The notes under the pieces are model-generated. The model ran no database searches. It saw nothing but the letters and a program-made list of their open reading frames with translations, and was not told the DNA's origin. From the NCBI GenBank assembly GCA_034780895.1, contig JAUZTB010000001.1:109464729-109528728 (forward strand): a stretch of 64,000 nt of DNA, in the 5' to 3' direction. The DNA is from Rhynchobatus australiae. Taxonomy: Eukaryota. Positions 42,361-56,060 of this stretch are shown here, one piece after another (position 1 is the stretch's first letter; every line of letters begins with the position of its first letter). Both the position numbers and the translations under genes were made by a program.

Positions 42361-45300
42361 GTAAGTTTTAGGATTGTTGTGGAGTGCGAAAAAGGTTGCG
42401 AAATGTAAATATAAAAGGTCAAATGAAGGCTATTTCTGTTCTCGTCATTGGGGAGTTGGTTGGGTTCAATGGCGTCGGTGGCTGGTGATGCGTCACTGGG
42501 CTGTTACGTACCCGGAAACAGCTGCCGCTGTAAATAGTGTGCACGCGGCACGGGCCGGGGGCCCCGCCGCTGTCAGCCGGGCGGCCCGACCACCACGGCC
42601 GGCCGCTCGGGAAACCTGCCGGCAGGGCAGCCGGTCGCTCGAATGCGGTCTCGCTTAAGGCCAGGAAAGCATTGCCAAAATCAAAATCGGGAAAGCGCTG
42701 GAGGTACTCAGCAGGTCGGTTCACATCTGCTGAAAGAGCAGCAGGACTTGGTTGAAGACCCTTGGTCAGAACACGTTATAGAAGGTATTTTTCTAGCCTT
42801 GTTATTCGAGTGGTAAGACCAAAAAAAAACTTTGTTTTATCTACTGTAACAGTGCACCATAACTTGTGAGCTGTCAAAGTGCGTATGTCTCAAAAATATA
42901 ACCTTCTCTGTCAAAAGTTAACGTAGCATCTTTAGGTAGTTTTAAGGTGATCCATTTCGAGGTTAAGGGATTTGTATCTTCAGTTGTTCTTCCGACCCAC
43001 AGCCACATCCATCTCCTTTGTGCCTATCCTCTTGTCACAGAAAACTGATTTTAGAAATGATGATTACCTGTGTCTTTGCTCTTTATCTCATGCCTTCTAT
43101 CAATATTTTCCTCACTTTCTTCTTTCATAATCAAACGTTTCTGGTTTGATATTTCATCTATCATGACATATTACTGCAGATATTTGTATTTCCCCCAATA
43201 TGTTTTACCATCCTCTGGAGTATTTGTTTCTCTTCTTAACTTGGACAATATGAATTTATGTACGCATACTGCACAACTTAAAGAAAAAAAACTGCCTAAA
43301 CCTATATTTTACAGCTGGGCTATTGAGGAACAGTTAGGAGAGAGAATTTAATCTTCAAGGCAGAAACCAGCAAACAAAGAAATTCTTTCTTGACCTATGT
43401 ATATTTTAAATGCACTATAAAGTCAAGTGATTGTTCTTGACATCAGTCATTTGTAATGTAGGAAACTTTGCAACCTAATCTTGCACAAAAAGTGCTCAGA
43501 CACTAATGAAACAGTGAATGATTTTGTTATCTTAGTTGAAAAATAACTGTCAGTCAAATCCCAGTGAAAACTTGTGTCCATCAAATGATTGCCATAGGAT
43601 TTTATTTCCATATCCAGCTAAAATGTATGTAATGTTGCATCTAAAAGACAAAGTGGTGCCAAATTCATCAACCCAATTTATGTTACAATGCAGGATTAGG
43701 ACTTGTTATTCTGATGCAGCTGAAGCTGCTATCTCCAGATAGGCTGAAGAGGAAACTGGATTACCCTCAGCTCCACCATGCAGACCAGCAAACAAATCTG
43801 GAATTCTCCCTGTTCACATGGTCGTTGGTCACATGGTGGTCAGTCACGTGATTTTTAAAAAATATAAATTTTAATCTTGAAAAATGCATTTAAGTATCTT
43901 AATTTCTTTTCTCTAACTTTATTCCAGTCCTAAACACATTTTGTTCTCTTTTACATAGTACATGTAAGAGAGAATGTAACTTCTGTCAAAAATTCCAGTG
44001 GCAAGAAATATGTATCAGACCAAAGTAAAGCATTCTGCTCAACCGTGTACCTTAAAACCAAACTAATTTGGTTTGGTACAACACACTGTATTGTACCAGT
44101 CTGACCTTTCACTTGCCATGCCAGCTTCTCTTCAGTGAGAGTTTGTGGAGTTTTGTTTTGGGATTAAATTACTATATTGGTATCAAGATTGGTAACTTTG
44201 GCTTTAATTGAATTGTTGCTACAGGAGAAAATGAGTAACTTTCAATCCATAAGCCTAGACCTTGTTCAAAATCTGAAGCTGAAAGGACATGCAAGTATTT
44301 AAATAGACATTTGCATGATATTTTCCCAGAGGAAAGCTGTTACCAGATAGTTTTGTCAAATACAATGGATGGAACCAATTGTTATTATTGTCCCATTCCT
44401 CTTCACATTGACCAGCATTAAAAGCAGATGATTAAGTTTCAACCAAATACCACAATTCACTATATTTCCCAGCTGTGAAAAATACTGTAGTCCACAGTAC
44501 TCTAATCTACCTTGTCTGAGGAAAATTACACAGACTATGGAAATAGCAAGGCACTTCCTTTGAAGGTTCTGAAATTACCCCTTATGCCTCTGGCCATGGA
44601 AATGGATAAACTTATGATTTCAGCATGATACAGTTACACAGATCATTTCTGTTATTAAGATATAGCTTAGAGAAAAATTGACTAATTCAAAGCAAATGAA
44701 ATGCTTTTAATATGGGCAAAGTGAATGTCCCACAACTTTCCCCTGGATACAAAATTGTGTATCCTGGCCAATATGTGTTCTTCAACCAATGTCACAAAAA
44801 CTGATTAACTGGTCATTATCTCACTGCTGCTCATGGAGCCTTGGTATGCACAAATTGACGTGTGTTTCCTCCATTCCAAATGTGGCTATATTTCAGAAGT
44901 GGAAAGTACATTGGCAAGTCCTGAATATGCTGTGTAAATCTTTGTGTTGGTCAAGTTGCAAGTTTGAGAAATGCACTTGAAGCTTTGGTGAGTATCCATG
45001 GTATATCATTGTTGAAGAGAGTGGGTTTTTAAGGCAGTGGATGAATTGCTAATGGAATGATGGCTTTGTCCTAGATTATATTAAGCTGCTGGAGTGTTAT
45101 TGCATACCTGATAGCAGGTGGAGAATATTTCAAAGCACTCCAGGTGAATAGAGATGTTAAGTGAAAAGTCTAATGGACCCTTTAAGTTTTTGTATTTCAA
45201 ACTTTGAAAAGATCAATTTTAAGGTTTTACAAAGTCAAATCTAGTGCAATAATGTACATATAAATAGCTTTACAAGGTCATTTCAAGGAGGAGGGTTATA

Positions 45301-45499
45301 TTCTATTCAAAGTAGTTTAACAGATATTTGGGGAAAATCGGGAACATCAGGCTCTCAAAGAATAATGAATGCACGGTATATATTGAAAGTGCAGAACTGA
45401 TAGCTCATCTCCCTTCTGAAGCTACCACTATCTCAGAAGCTAGTCGATTTAATTATCTGCTTGAGTCTGCTGGACAAAGTGATAGATGTGTTGAACACT

Positions 45500-46680
45500 T
45501 ACTCCAAACTCAGTTGCACTTCTTGTCAAATTATTCCAGTACAGCTGCCCAACAAAATAAAAAGCTGTTTGGGTATGCTTTGGCCACAAAAAAGGTAAAA
45601 TCACATTTGGTTAACTACCACCAGCCAATTTGCAGTCACCAGAAGAGTGCTAGAAGGTATCACGGACAGCCCCATCACACAACACTAATTTATCTGGTCA
45701 TCAGCACTCCATTTGGGTTCCACCAAGACCACTTCACTCCAAACTTTACAACTATCATCGAATGTGGTGCTGATGTCAGAAAAGCTGTTGACTGATAACT
45801 ATATCAAGAAACTAGTAAAATTTCAAGTCAATAGGAAATGGGATATTTTCCCATTGGCTGGAATCCTACCAAGCATAAAGGAAGGTGACTGTAGTTTGGG
45901 GCTAATCATTTCAACCACAGGGTGTTTGTTGCAGAGATTCTTGGAGCAATGTTCTGGGCCCAGCTGTCTGCTTCATTAATGAGTTCCTTGCACAAATTCA
46001 GAAGTGGGGAATGTTTACTGTTGATTTTATTTGGTTCCATTTGCAACATCCAGAAATGAAACAGTCCATTCTCATGTGGCGAAAGATAAGCAAAACATTC
46101 AGTCTTGTGCTGTTGAGTGGCAAAACGTTTACACTGCATAAGTGCCAAGTAGTGACCCATCACTATGAAGAGTCAAGCCATCTCCCTTTTGATGCTCAGT
46201 GGTCAAACCACATCCCGGGGCTCCCCTTTGAACAAAGTTAACTGGTCCAATCAAACCCAGATACGGAGCCTTCAGGAACAAGTAAGGATTGGTATTCTGT
46301 GCTAAGGTGAGTGACTCTTTCATTAACTTCTCCAAACCCTTCCACCATCTTCAAGGCATAAATTGGGAGAGTGATGGGAAACTGTCCATTTACTTAGATG
46401 AGTATTGCTGCTTCAATGCTCAAGCTAATCAACGTATCTGAGAAACTATCTCTGAATATACAAGATGCACCATTACAATTTACTGAGACCACTACAAAGA
46501 TGAAGGAAAATGGATACAAAGGAATATCCTGAGCCAGAAATTTTTCATTATTCTACCTTGGTTGCTGGTTTAAAGTTCTGAACTTCCTGTCTGACAACAC
46601 TGGTTAATAGTGAAAGAACGCCATGTTACAATGGTTCAAGAATGTTGCTTATCATTAAATTCTCAAGAGGAATTGTATGG
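45500..46680 (+). mobile_element. Highly decayed CR1/L2-group LINE RT region
   Basis: NYHQPI, FGFHQDH and vestiges of QGSVLGP..F...IN; many stops and frameshifts. Confidence 0.6.
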
Positions 46681-49600
46681 AAAATCTTTGCTTCATAAAT
46701 AGATTTACCTCCATTTTAAATGAGGCACATTTCAAATGTTACCAATATGTGACTGAATTAAAATTATAGCAAAGCTGCAATGTATCCTAAGAAATAGGTT
46801 GCAAATCCTTAAAAGGAAGTGAAAGTTGAAGCAAATACAAAATTATTTTAATGTGTATTTACAATTGTAAAGTGCTTACTGAATGCAAAAATTTATAGTT
46901 ACTAGAAGCACTGGGTTCCTTTCTCTTTCTGATATGAGCAAAAGAGGCCAATGGCACAAATAAGTGAAATTTTATCTCACTCATGAAGAGATCGATGTTT
47001 ATCCCAGGAAAATCACTGAAACATTGCCTTATGAAATTACCTTTTGATAACTTCGCTTTTATTAAATTGGCATTGAAAGTTTGAGTTAAAAATTCAAGGA
47101 GAAAATGTCTTTCTTCATATTATTGTGAAACACTTAATGTATGTGAAGATTAAAAGACACTTGCATAAGTATATGGCTAGGAAAAGTTTAGAGAGGCCAA
47201 ATGCAGGCAGATGGGGCTAGCTTAGGTGGACACCTTGGTTGGCAAGGACAAGTTGGGCTGAAGGACCTGTTTCTATGCTGTATTACTATATGCCTCCAGG
47301 TTGCAAGTTATAATTTACATTTTTAAGGAGCAATATTGTTGCTGCTCTCCAGATATTAGTCTATTACTTTAAATAATTTTCCTTTATTCCAAAGACATAC
47401 CCCATCATCTTGTGCTTTGCCCTCCGGCTTTCACAAAGATGTATCAAATGTCTAATAAAATGATTTGTATCTGGCATACATTTTCTTTAAATCCATTTGA
47501 CATTATCATGATTTTGCTTGCACAATTGTCATTCGTATTCCTAATTACCACAAAATTGTTTGTCCTTCTAGAACATCCCAATTGCAGGTGCCTATAGATC
47601 AATCTTTACACCTTTAACGTTGGGCAGTGTAGATCACTGTTACTGGTGGCTTCCCAAAACCAAAGCTTATTCCATTGTTTTTGTTTCCTTTCTCCAGTGT
47701 TTTCTCTATAAAGGCCTGTTAATATTAAAACTTCTTTCTACTTTATTACTACTACTACTACTTGAATTTCAGAATCTTTATGAATCTTTACAGACTTTTC
47801 ATTTTTGCTTTTATGAATGATTTAGTCTTGAAACCATTACATACACCTGAAGTAGCCATCATTTTTCCCATCCACATTTCAATATGGTGTCAACCTTACA
47901 CTTTTCTTTTAAAAAAAAAATGAAGTATTTCTGGCCCAAAGCAAGAACAGCCAAATGTTCACATTACCCAATAATGGGAAACAGTCCCCCCTCCTAGTTG
48001 GGTTATAGGAATGTAGCTTTTGATATGTGACAGTGCATTTCATTGTCAACATATTTTAAAAAAAACTAATGCTGGAAATAGTGAGCAAGTTGGGCAGCAT
48101 CTGCAGAGAGAAACAATCCATGCCTCAGGTCNNNNNNNNNNGTAACTGATGAACGCATTTTATGTTTTTACTTTAGATCCCAGCATCTGCAGTTTTTTGA
48201 TTTTAGATTTGTTGTCAACCTCACTTATTTTGAGGAAGTGGCATTGGAGCAGTAATACCCTTTACCAACTTACAGGAAGGAAGTGTAATTCAAGGCTTAC
48301 AAACTTCTCTATCATGATCTTGTCCAATCTGTCCCAAATAATCATTCCTTCTCACTTTTGGCTTTTCTCCTTTCCCTTTTGAATTTCACTCTTGTCTTGA
48401 ACGTTGTCACTCTTCCATTTTTTTTCCCCATACTTTTGTGTCTGTTACTTAATTTTACATTAAACCCATCCCTCCCTAATAAACTACCAAGGTCTGTCAC
48501 CATCATCGGTACTACAGACAAAGGATTCTTGTGCTGACTTAAAAAAAATTGCCAGCAAATTGATCATCCACCATCTTGCATATCCTAGATTTTTCAAAAT
48601 GGCATGAGCTGCATAATTAAAACATAATTCGGGAACCTCATTCATGATTTTCTTGAAAAATGCTCAGTTGTCAAATCTGTTCCATTTGTGACATACAGAA
48701 ATGAAGTAGTCTATACATGGTGAAAAATTGTAATGGATCCAAGAATAACATGTGATTTCAATATTGGTCATCACAAGATCGTTAATCCTCACTTTCCATT
48801 CTGTGACAAATGTTGCATTTCCCCCGTTTATGTAACAGTATAGCTTCCACTTGGCCTTGAGAAATATCAAAACTGGCTACTAGAACTTAAGTGGCAACAC
48901 TCCTTATGGCAGCTTTATAGTGCTCTATTTCAATGATAATGTAAAGGTCAGAAATTTCCTAATGGATGTTTGTTGAAATATTCATAAATGCAAAAAAACA
49001 TCATAGCACAAACAAGGCCATTCTGCCCAAATTGGCAATAGCTTGAGCTATTTAAGTTGCTCCTACTTCCCTGCCCTCATTCATGAGCCTTGTGGGTTAC
49101 AGTTCTTGTGTTCATTTGGGTACCATTTTAAAATGTGTTGTGGATTTCTACCTCCACAATACTTTCAGACAGAAATCCTGGTCCCCACTTGTCTTTTGGT
49201 GTAGCTTTAAAAATAAAAGGTCCTCATCTGCCCTCTAACCCTTCCAGCAATTGAGTTCAAACTATATCCAAGTTTTCTGCCAAGGTGTCTTGTATTTCTG
49301 TACATCTCGGTTAACTCTGTCTGCTTTGTTTCAGAAAGTGCCTCCAGGTGTGTTTCTCCACATATCTATAGTTCTACGAAAATCTCAAATCTCCTGTACA
49401 TGTTCTTATGCTTGCCTTTTCTTGTACTGTAGTGATGGCATTCCATCTGTAGTAGAGCTAATGATTTGTACAGTTCTAGCATGACCTCCCTACTTGTTCC
49501 TTTCTTTTATAGTCCACAGCATTGAAATTATCAGCTATAACTTTTTAATCACCTTTATCTGTCCGTCCAGCTAGTATTGGGATCTGTGCATCTGCACTCC

Positions 49601-50119
49601 AATATTACTATGGTCATCTATATTTGTATTACTTATTGTGTATACTTCTGACTTGTTTATCTTCTGATTGCATTATCTCCCATTTCCTTTCTGGACCGAA
49701 TTTCATTTGTTGTTTTGTGCCCACCTAACCTGTATCTTGATATCATTCTACAGCATGGAATTTTCTTCTTTAGTATCATTGTAAAACTTATATCCCCTGT
49801 AATTGAATTAAGGTCATTTAATGTATATCATGGAAAGTAAGAGGCCTATTTCTGAGCCCTGTGGAACCCAATTGCATGCAGCCCTTCAGTCACTCAAACT
49901 CTTATTAGCCATTTGCTGTTTACTTTCTCCCACTGAGCTAAATTTTTGATTGAATTTCAGTATATTAGGAATGGGAATAGAAATAGTTAATTGGCAAAGG
50001 GTTTTTGATCTAAAATATTAACTCCTTTCTCTTTCCATTGAATCTACATGACCTATTGAGTGTTTCTAGTATTCTGTTTTGATTTCAGGTTTCTAGCATC
50101 TGCAGTTTTGGTTTGAATT

Positions 50120-52200
50120 GCATTACAGACAGGAGCAGGAGTAAAACGAATGGTCCTTCAAGCCTGCCCTGGGTATCATTGAAGTGACAACAATCTAATT
50201 TTGGCCTCAACTTTATTTTCCTGTCTGTTCCCTAACTCTTGACTTCTCAGACCAAAAAAATCTATCTTGACTTTGAATGTATCCTCCGCAGCTCCCTGGG
50301 GTGGAGAGTCCCAAAGGTTCAGGACCCTGAGAGATAAGAAATTCCTTTTGCTGTCTTAACATGCAACCCTGTATTTTGAGATGAAGGGAAACATCTGGCA
50401 GGAGCTTCAGGGTCAGGCATTATCAGAACCTTGTGCTTCAATAAGATCTCTCATTCTTTTTAAACTACAATGAGTATAGCCCTAACCAGCTCAACCTTTC
50501 CTGATGGGACAGTACCTTTAGCCCAGGAGATAATTCAGTAATCCTCGTCTTAACTTCCTGTATAATTATCAACAGAAAATACACTATCCATGCTACAGTT
50601 TCTTTCCTTGTGTAGTTATCTTTTATGTGGTAGCTCACCAAATGCCTTTTGGGAATCCACATGCATTTCACAGTTGGTTCCCCTTTATGCAACCGCATCA
50701 TTAACCCACAAAGAACTCTAACTTTGTCAAATATGATTTTTTAAAAAAACACGTTAACTATTCTATTTTGATTTTTCTACATGTCGTGCTACTACTCAAA
50801 ATAGGATTTCAGTATTTTCTAAGTGTTAAATGTTATGTTAACTAGTCTATAGTTTTCTGTACTCTGCATCTCCTTTCCTGAATGAAGACATTGCATTTGC
50901 AATTTTCCAATCCACCAGGAGCTTTTCAGAACTTGGCAATTTTCCTTGGATCCCATGAGCTTTTACTTTTGTGATCAATCTGCCATGGAAGCTTTGTCAA
51001 ATAATGCTTAAAATCTATGTGAGCAGGATCAAATGTATAGCCTCAAACTTCCTTGTTGCCTTTTCATAAAGTTCAATCAAATTAGTCAGGCGTGACCTTC
51101 CCTTAACAAATCATCACTGACTGCTTTAAGTAGTGTCCCTCTAATTGGTACCTACTGTCACTCAGAATTTTATCCAATTTCCTAAATCATGAATAGGCTA
51201 ACCAGCTTGTATGCTGAGTCTGGTCCTTTTTTAACAACAGTATCCTGATAATCTTGCAATCTTCTGCCTCCATGCTAGTAGGCCAGGGATTGGAAGGTGA
51301 TAGACTCGTTATTTATTACCTTGTCTCTCCCAAGGGCCTGGGATGCATTTTATCCAGGTTCAGCAATTTATCTTTTTTGAAGGTGTTAGAGCCCTTTAAC
51401 ATGCCATTCTGTTTTTTCATTCCTGGTACTTCATATTATTCCTTCTCAAAGGCAATATCTACATAGTCTTTCCCTCCTATGAAGCTGGACATAAAGCTAT
51501 TCAAAGAGTTATACATGTCTCCTATCTACAGAAACAGGCCATTGCTGTGGCCTTTTCTCTTGTTATTCCCTTTCCTGTAGAATCTTGGTTTTCCTTAAAT
51601 TTTATCAGCAAGTTTTATTTCATGTACTCACTTTGCCTTGAAACTACATTTTCATATAATTTCAATACTGCATCTACTGTACTTTTCATTTGCTTTTATT
51701 CTGTGCCTTGTCTTCCCCAGTGTACTTGCCAACATGCACGGGGGTCCAGGTTAGGAGTTCCTTCTTTCTCTTTAGGAATGTACTTGGTTTTGACTCCATG
51801 AATATAACCCATTGCTCTAACAATTATGTACTGTAAAATAACTGGTCGACTCTTCCTAAATCATAACTCAGCCTGGTAAAATTGACCTTATCCCAATTAT
51901 ACACACCATTTTTTTTCTATAGCCGGGCAAAATCTAAATGAATATCAACACTGCCAGCCTTGTCACTTATGAAATCTCTACCCTAAAAGTCCAGGATCAC
52001 CCTCACTCAAAGTGGACTTGCTATGTAATGTTTAAAAATGTTTTCTTGGCTGCATTTCAAAAATCGTCCTTTGCTTTACTTCTATTTCAACTAATGTTGG
52101 GTTAGTAGAGATCCCCTACAATTGCTGCCTTGTTAGACAAACATGTTTGCTCTTCTATTAGATTTAGAGCCTATAACATACTTCCAGCAATATGATATGG
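50120..52200 (-). mobile_element. Cluster of decayed CR1 LINE fragments
   Basis: ORF 50465..50701(-) ends PGLKVLSHQERLSWLGLYSL, a CR1 ORF2 C-terminal motif; further CR1-like pieces lie to the right. Confidence 0.65.
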
Positions 52201-52869
52201 CCTTTTTTCTAAGGTATCATTCCTTTTCACACCCCCTTGTTTTTAGTTGCTTTTGGTGCAGTATTCAAGGAATGGAAAAGTATGTTGAATTACATGGTAA
52301 TGGTGATTCTTTTGAATCAAATTCATGTTTGTATAGAAACTTTCTACCACTTCATTAACCACTTATTTTGCTATTCATTTTTATACTATTTATTTTACCA
52401 CTTTTAAAGTACAATGTGACTAAATTTGGCTGACTGGCCCTGGTGTATTCCATACTATAGGTAGGAATTTACTTCCATTTTCGATCACAAATTGTAAATG
52501 CATATTTATAATGACTTGCACAGCAAATCAACTAAGGCAATAGCGCATGGGGCTTGTGCACACAGTAAAATATGCAGAAGAGCCATTTGATGATTTAAAT
52601 CCCCAGACAACACTAATTTCACTGTTGTGTCAGCAATTTGGATTTTTGATGCAAGTAACAACATGGTTAAGCACACTTGAGGAAATCTAGTATTTAGTAA
52701 TAGGAAGGACACCCTTTGCTGCATTCCACTTGCATTATTTAATGAGATCATCAATTATGTAGCTTTGTTGGAGTGACTGGTGAGAATTAGTTGGAAAGGG
52801 TTGCATAGTTTGATTTATGAGAAGTCAGGAAGATCTTTAGAAAATGATGTGATATGTAGCAAGTTGATT

Positions 52870-53945
52870 GGAGCAATCAGCCACAAAGATCTTTCACTTG
52901 GTCCAGGCACAACTGCAGAACACGGTCAGAGCTACCTTGCCAGAGACATTCAAAGTCATTACAGCCCCGCATTTTTTTTTTACCTTGAGCTCCTTTGAGC
53001 TGGAGCTAAGGACCAAAGCAACATCTTCCAATTTGCTGCATATATTGCAGTAGGGATGCCACTGACATTTATTTTATCAGGAAAGCCAAATTCATTTCCT
53101 CACTTTGAAGAGAGTAGAAGCTAACACATGCAATGGAATTTCCAAAAATTGCAAGCTTCTCAGTAGTGCAGGCAATTTTCAACTGTGACAGTGTTGTCCT
53201 TGAAAACCTGAAAATGTCATGGTTCCGGGTACTGGCCCTCAACTTGGCTCCTTTGATGATGCCTTGTTGCACAGCACATGGATTCCATGCTGGACTGTTT
53301 GCATAACGACACACCTGAGCCCCATCAGGGACCTAGCATAAGTACCTGGGTTTCTCTAGCACTAGTTGCCAGAGTATTGGTTAACCTACAGGTATACTTT
53401 GGCTCCTGGCTGCTCAGAGTGGTCAACTCTAGAGCAGTCCTGCGTTCTCTGCTCCTCTTTGGATATCCAGTTCATGTTGGGATTCCTCCTCAGATCCCCG
53501 AGGCACGATTCCTTCCAGTTGCTGCCCGTGTTTCGTCCTGAGGAAGTATCCTGACTCCAGTCTTGTACTAGTGTGCTGCATTTGGGTTCTCTGTGAGTTT
53601 GCTCTTTGCTCAACATTGTGACAGAAAATATAAAGAGGAAAGGGTTCCACTGCTTTAATATGATACTGGCATACAACCATAGCCATCAAATCATGAGAGC
53701 AGCATGATGTTTTCATCTTGAGACACTGTACTAGCCACACCAACACATAGCTACTTGGGGACATGGGATTTCCTTTCTTGACCTGGTTATTGGTACCACA
53801 GTATCATCCTCAAAATGCTGCAACACAAAATATCAGAGGGCAGACAACCAATCTGAAACATTACTTCTGCTTGGACTAATCTGAAAGTGCCCTCCAAAAG
53901 TGGCCAGACAGATCAAGTGGCGTGCTGCATACTATACAATCTGGA
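52870..53945 (+). mobile_element. Decayed PIF/Harbinger transposase fossil, interrupted by a solo LTR
   Basis: Frame-broken motifs in the expected order: LPETFKVITAPHFF..SSF, IKRKGFHCFN (NRKGFHSLN-like), HDVFILR, LLGDMGFPFLTWLL (LLGDSGYPL..WLL-like), VACCILYN. Confidence 0.8.
53215..53623. mobile_element. Solo LTR (409 bp) of an LTR retrotransposon
   Basis: Termini TGTCA...TGACA; 5-bp direct repeat GAAAA at 53210-53214 and 53624-53628; more GC-rich than its flanks. Confidence 0.8.
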
Positions 53946-54234
53946 ACAATTGCATGCTCAATCTAAACCAATAGCTGGGCAACAGAAGAAACAAAAGGAG
54001 GAAGAGTAAAGTCAGAGGCAATGTAACGCTGACAACTCTTTTCTGACTGGATAATCAGATGATCCCAAATATGACAACAACTATATCTTATTTCGCAACC
54101 CCCCCCCCCCCCCCCACCTTTGGTCAATCATTTAAATGTCCCTTCAGGCAAAACAGTGGATTCCCACACCACACACCCACTTACTTTCCACACCGTACAG
54201 TATTTATTATTACAAATAAAAACATCGACTAGCT

Positions 54235-54960
54235 TTTTATTCTTAGACATTCCCTCAGGATTGAGGACAATTTGCTTCTGCTCTGATTTTGTGGGTTCTG
54301 AGGTTACTGATAAGGCCTTTGTGGGAACCACAGACTCTTCACAGTTGAGGCATGAGATTCTTAATGGGTTTGCTATCTGGGGTATTTGTGAGATGGTGCA
54401 TTACTTAAGTTGTTTGCACTGGGTTTCTGTCTGCTCCAATCTATGGACCTGAGGTTCTCACTTATATTCGAAATGCTCCTCTGCTTTGACCCATCATAGG
54501 CCAAGGATTTCTAAGAGTCAGTGGGAATCTTGCAATTTTTTCAACAAGGCTTCAAGAACATTGAAGAATCTCTTCCTGGTAATCTCTTGCCATAACAGCT
54601 CAGAATAGAGTGTTAGCCACACAAACATAACCGGCCCAAAGTAGCTGATTCAATGCTCCAGATGTTTGCTTGGGGGAGGATATTGACATTAGTTCACATT
54701 CAATGGATTCGTATGATTTTGCTGGCACAGTGTTGGTGTATCTTTTCAGTGTCTTGGAGTGCCTCCTGTAGGTTGTCTGGGTCTCAGAAGTGTATGAGGG
54801 CAGGGATCACTGCTGTTTGGTAGACAGTGTTTTGTGTTAGGTCTGAGGTCTTGATCTTTATCTACCCTTTTCTTTAATCAATCAGTCAAACTTACTCTGA
54901 TGCATTGAAGGAAATGGTGAATTTTACATTGATATTTGCCTTCACTGAGTGCTGGTCCCC
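54235..54960 (-). mobile_element. RTE-clade LINE 3' fragment
   Basis: Minus strand QDLRPNTK..VYQTAVIPAL...SET resembles the RTE post-RT motif; ends near atcctgagggaatgtctaag. Confidence 0.7.
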
Positions 54961-55579
54961 AAAGTTTCAACTTGAAAGTTAGAAAGGAAGTATTCTCAAC
55001 TGTTAACATAGTAATGTAATCTAGACAGTGTTACTGAAACCTGGCTCTACCCTCATGCCCAGCTGTGTCCTTCTGTCTGATGCATTTTTTTCTTGTGCAA
55101 TATCATTTTTCTAGGCCAGGCTCATGTGATTTGATGTTTGTGTTATGTTCTGAATTCATATGCTGCAATGAGCTGCTCAACATGGGATGTTTACTTCAAG
55201 TAGGAGAAATATTAATAGATATTCTTGTGAAGGCTAACTAAGTATTGCAAAGTGGATAATTCAACATTTCAGAAAAAGTCTTCTTGTGCATAATTATTTG
55301 TAGCTATCCAAAAGGGTTTAATATAACAATTTAATGCTAAATGTCACTAAATACTGGAAGAACCTTAAACCAGACCAAATAAAGCCCAAGGAAGTCAGTC
55401 TACCAGGGAGACTTTATGAAAGACATTATGGTAAAACCACTGATATTCTGATTTGCATGACTATGTTTATACATACACTTAACATTAATATGCTCAATAT
55501 TTTCAGCACTGCTAATACTAGATAAATGGTTACCATTCATCAGTGACCTTGAGCTTCTAGTTGCTTGCTAATTTCATTC

Positions 55580-56060
55580 ACCATCCTTTCTTTTTGTGGC
55601 CTCTTGCACTGTTACAATGAAGCCCACATAAGCTTGAGGGGCAATCCCTCATCTTCTGTCTGCACATGTTGAAGCTTGCAGGGCCCAGTATCAAATTGTG
55701 ATTGTGTATCAGGAGTGGCCATTTTTGCCTACCATTATTTTGGCTATTTCTCCTTTTTTTCTTTGGATACTCTAGCCCGTCAGACATGTCCCACAGCCTT
55801 ACCATTAGTATTACATTACACAGACAAAGAACTCAATCTGATCTTAACTGCCTCATTAGGTCATTTGGTCTCACCCTATCAGAGACATTCCCACGGTTGC
55901 ACCCAGCTTCCCTCCTCCACTTTCTCTGCTACATAACCTAACTTATTTTCTCTCCCAGATATGATGAACGATCCTACACCTGAAAGATTAACTGTTTCTC
56001 TTTCCACATATCCTGTCTGACCTAAGCGTTATGCAGCATTTTCTGTTTTTATTTCAAACC
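55580..56060 (+). mobile_element. Penelope-like remnant
   Basis: EAHISL/KLEGQSLIFCL-like GIY-YIG tail followed by the same terminal repeat (atgatgaa...cctgaaagattaactg...cagcattttctgtttttatttca). Confidence 0.6.

Larger units (their letters stand above)
41180..42730. promoter_or_regulatory. CpG-island promoter of ARID4A, probably bidirectional
   Basis: Only GC/CpG-rich stretch in the window. ATTGG (NF-Y) at 42024 and 42064; NRF1-like TGCGCATGCC at 42138 and TGCGCGTGCGCA at 42175; YY1 CGCCATCTTGG at 42206; ETS-like CCGGAAA near 42512. Confidence 0.88.

Noticed and set aside
41855-42755. Overlapping long ORFs on both strands (up to 163 aa)
   Set aside because: Expected from stop-codon scarcity in a GC-rich CpG island; Arg/Ala/Gly/Pro-rich with no recognisable domain.
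48300-48340. Minus-strand LGQIGQDHD resembling the peroxidase WGQxxDHD motif
   Set aside because: Wrong spacing, no Trp, an in-frame stop shortly after, and no flanking similarity.
52870-53945. Domesticated HARBI1-like host gene
   Set aside because: Multiple frameshifts, stops, deletions and an LTR insertion show it is a dead transposon copy.
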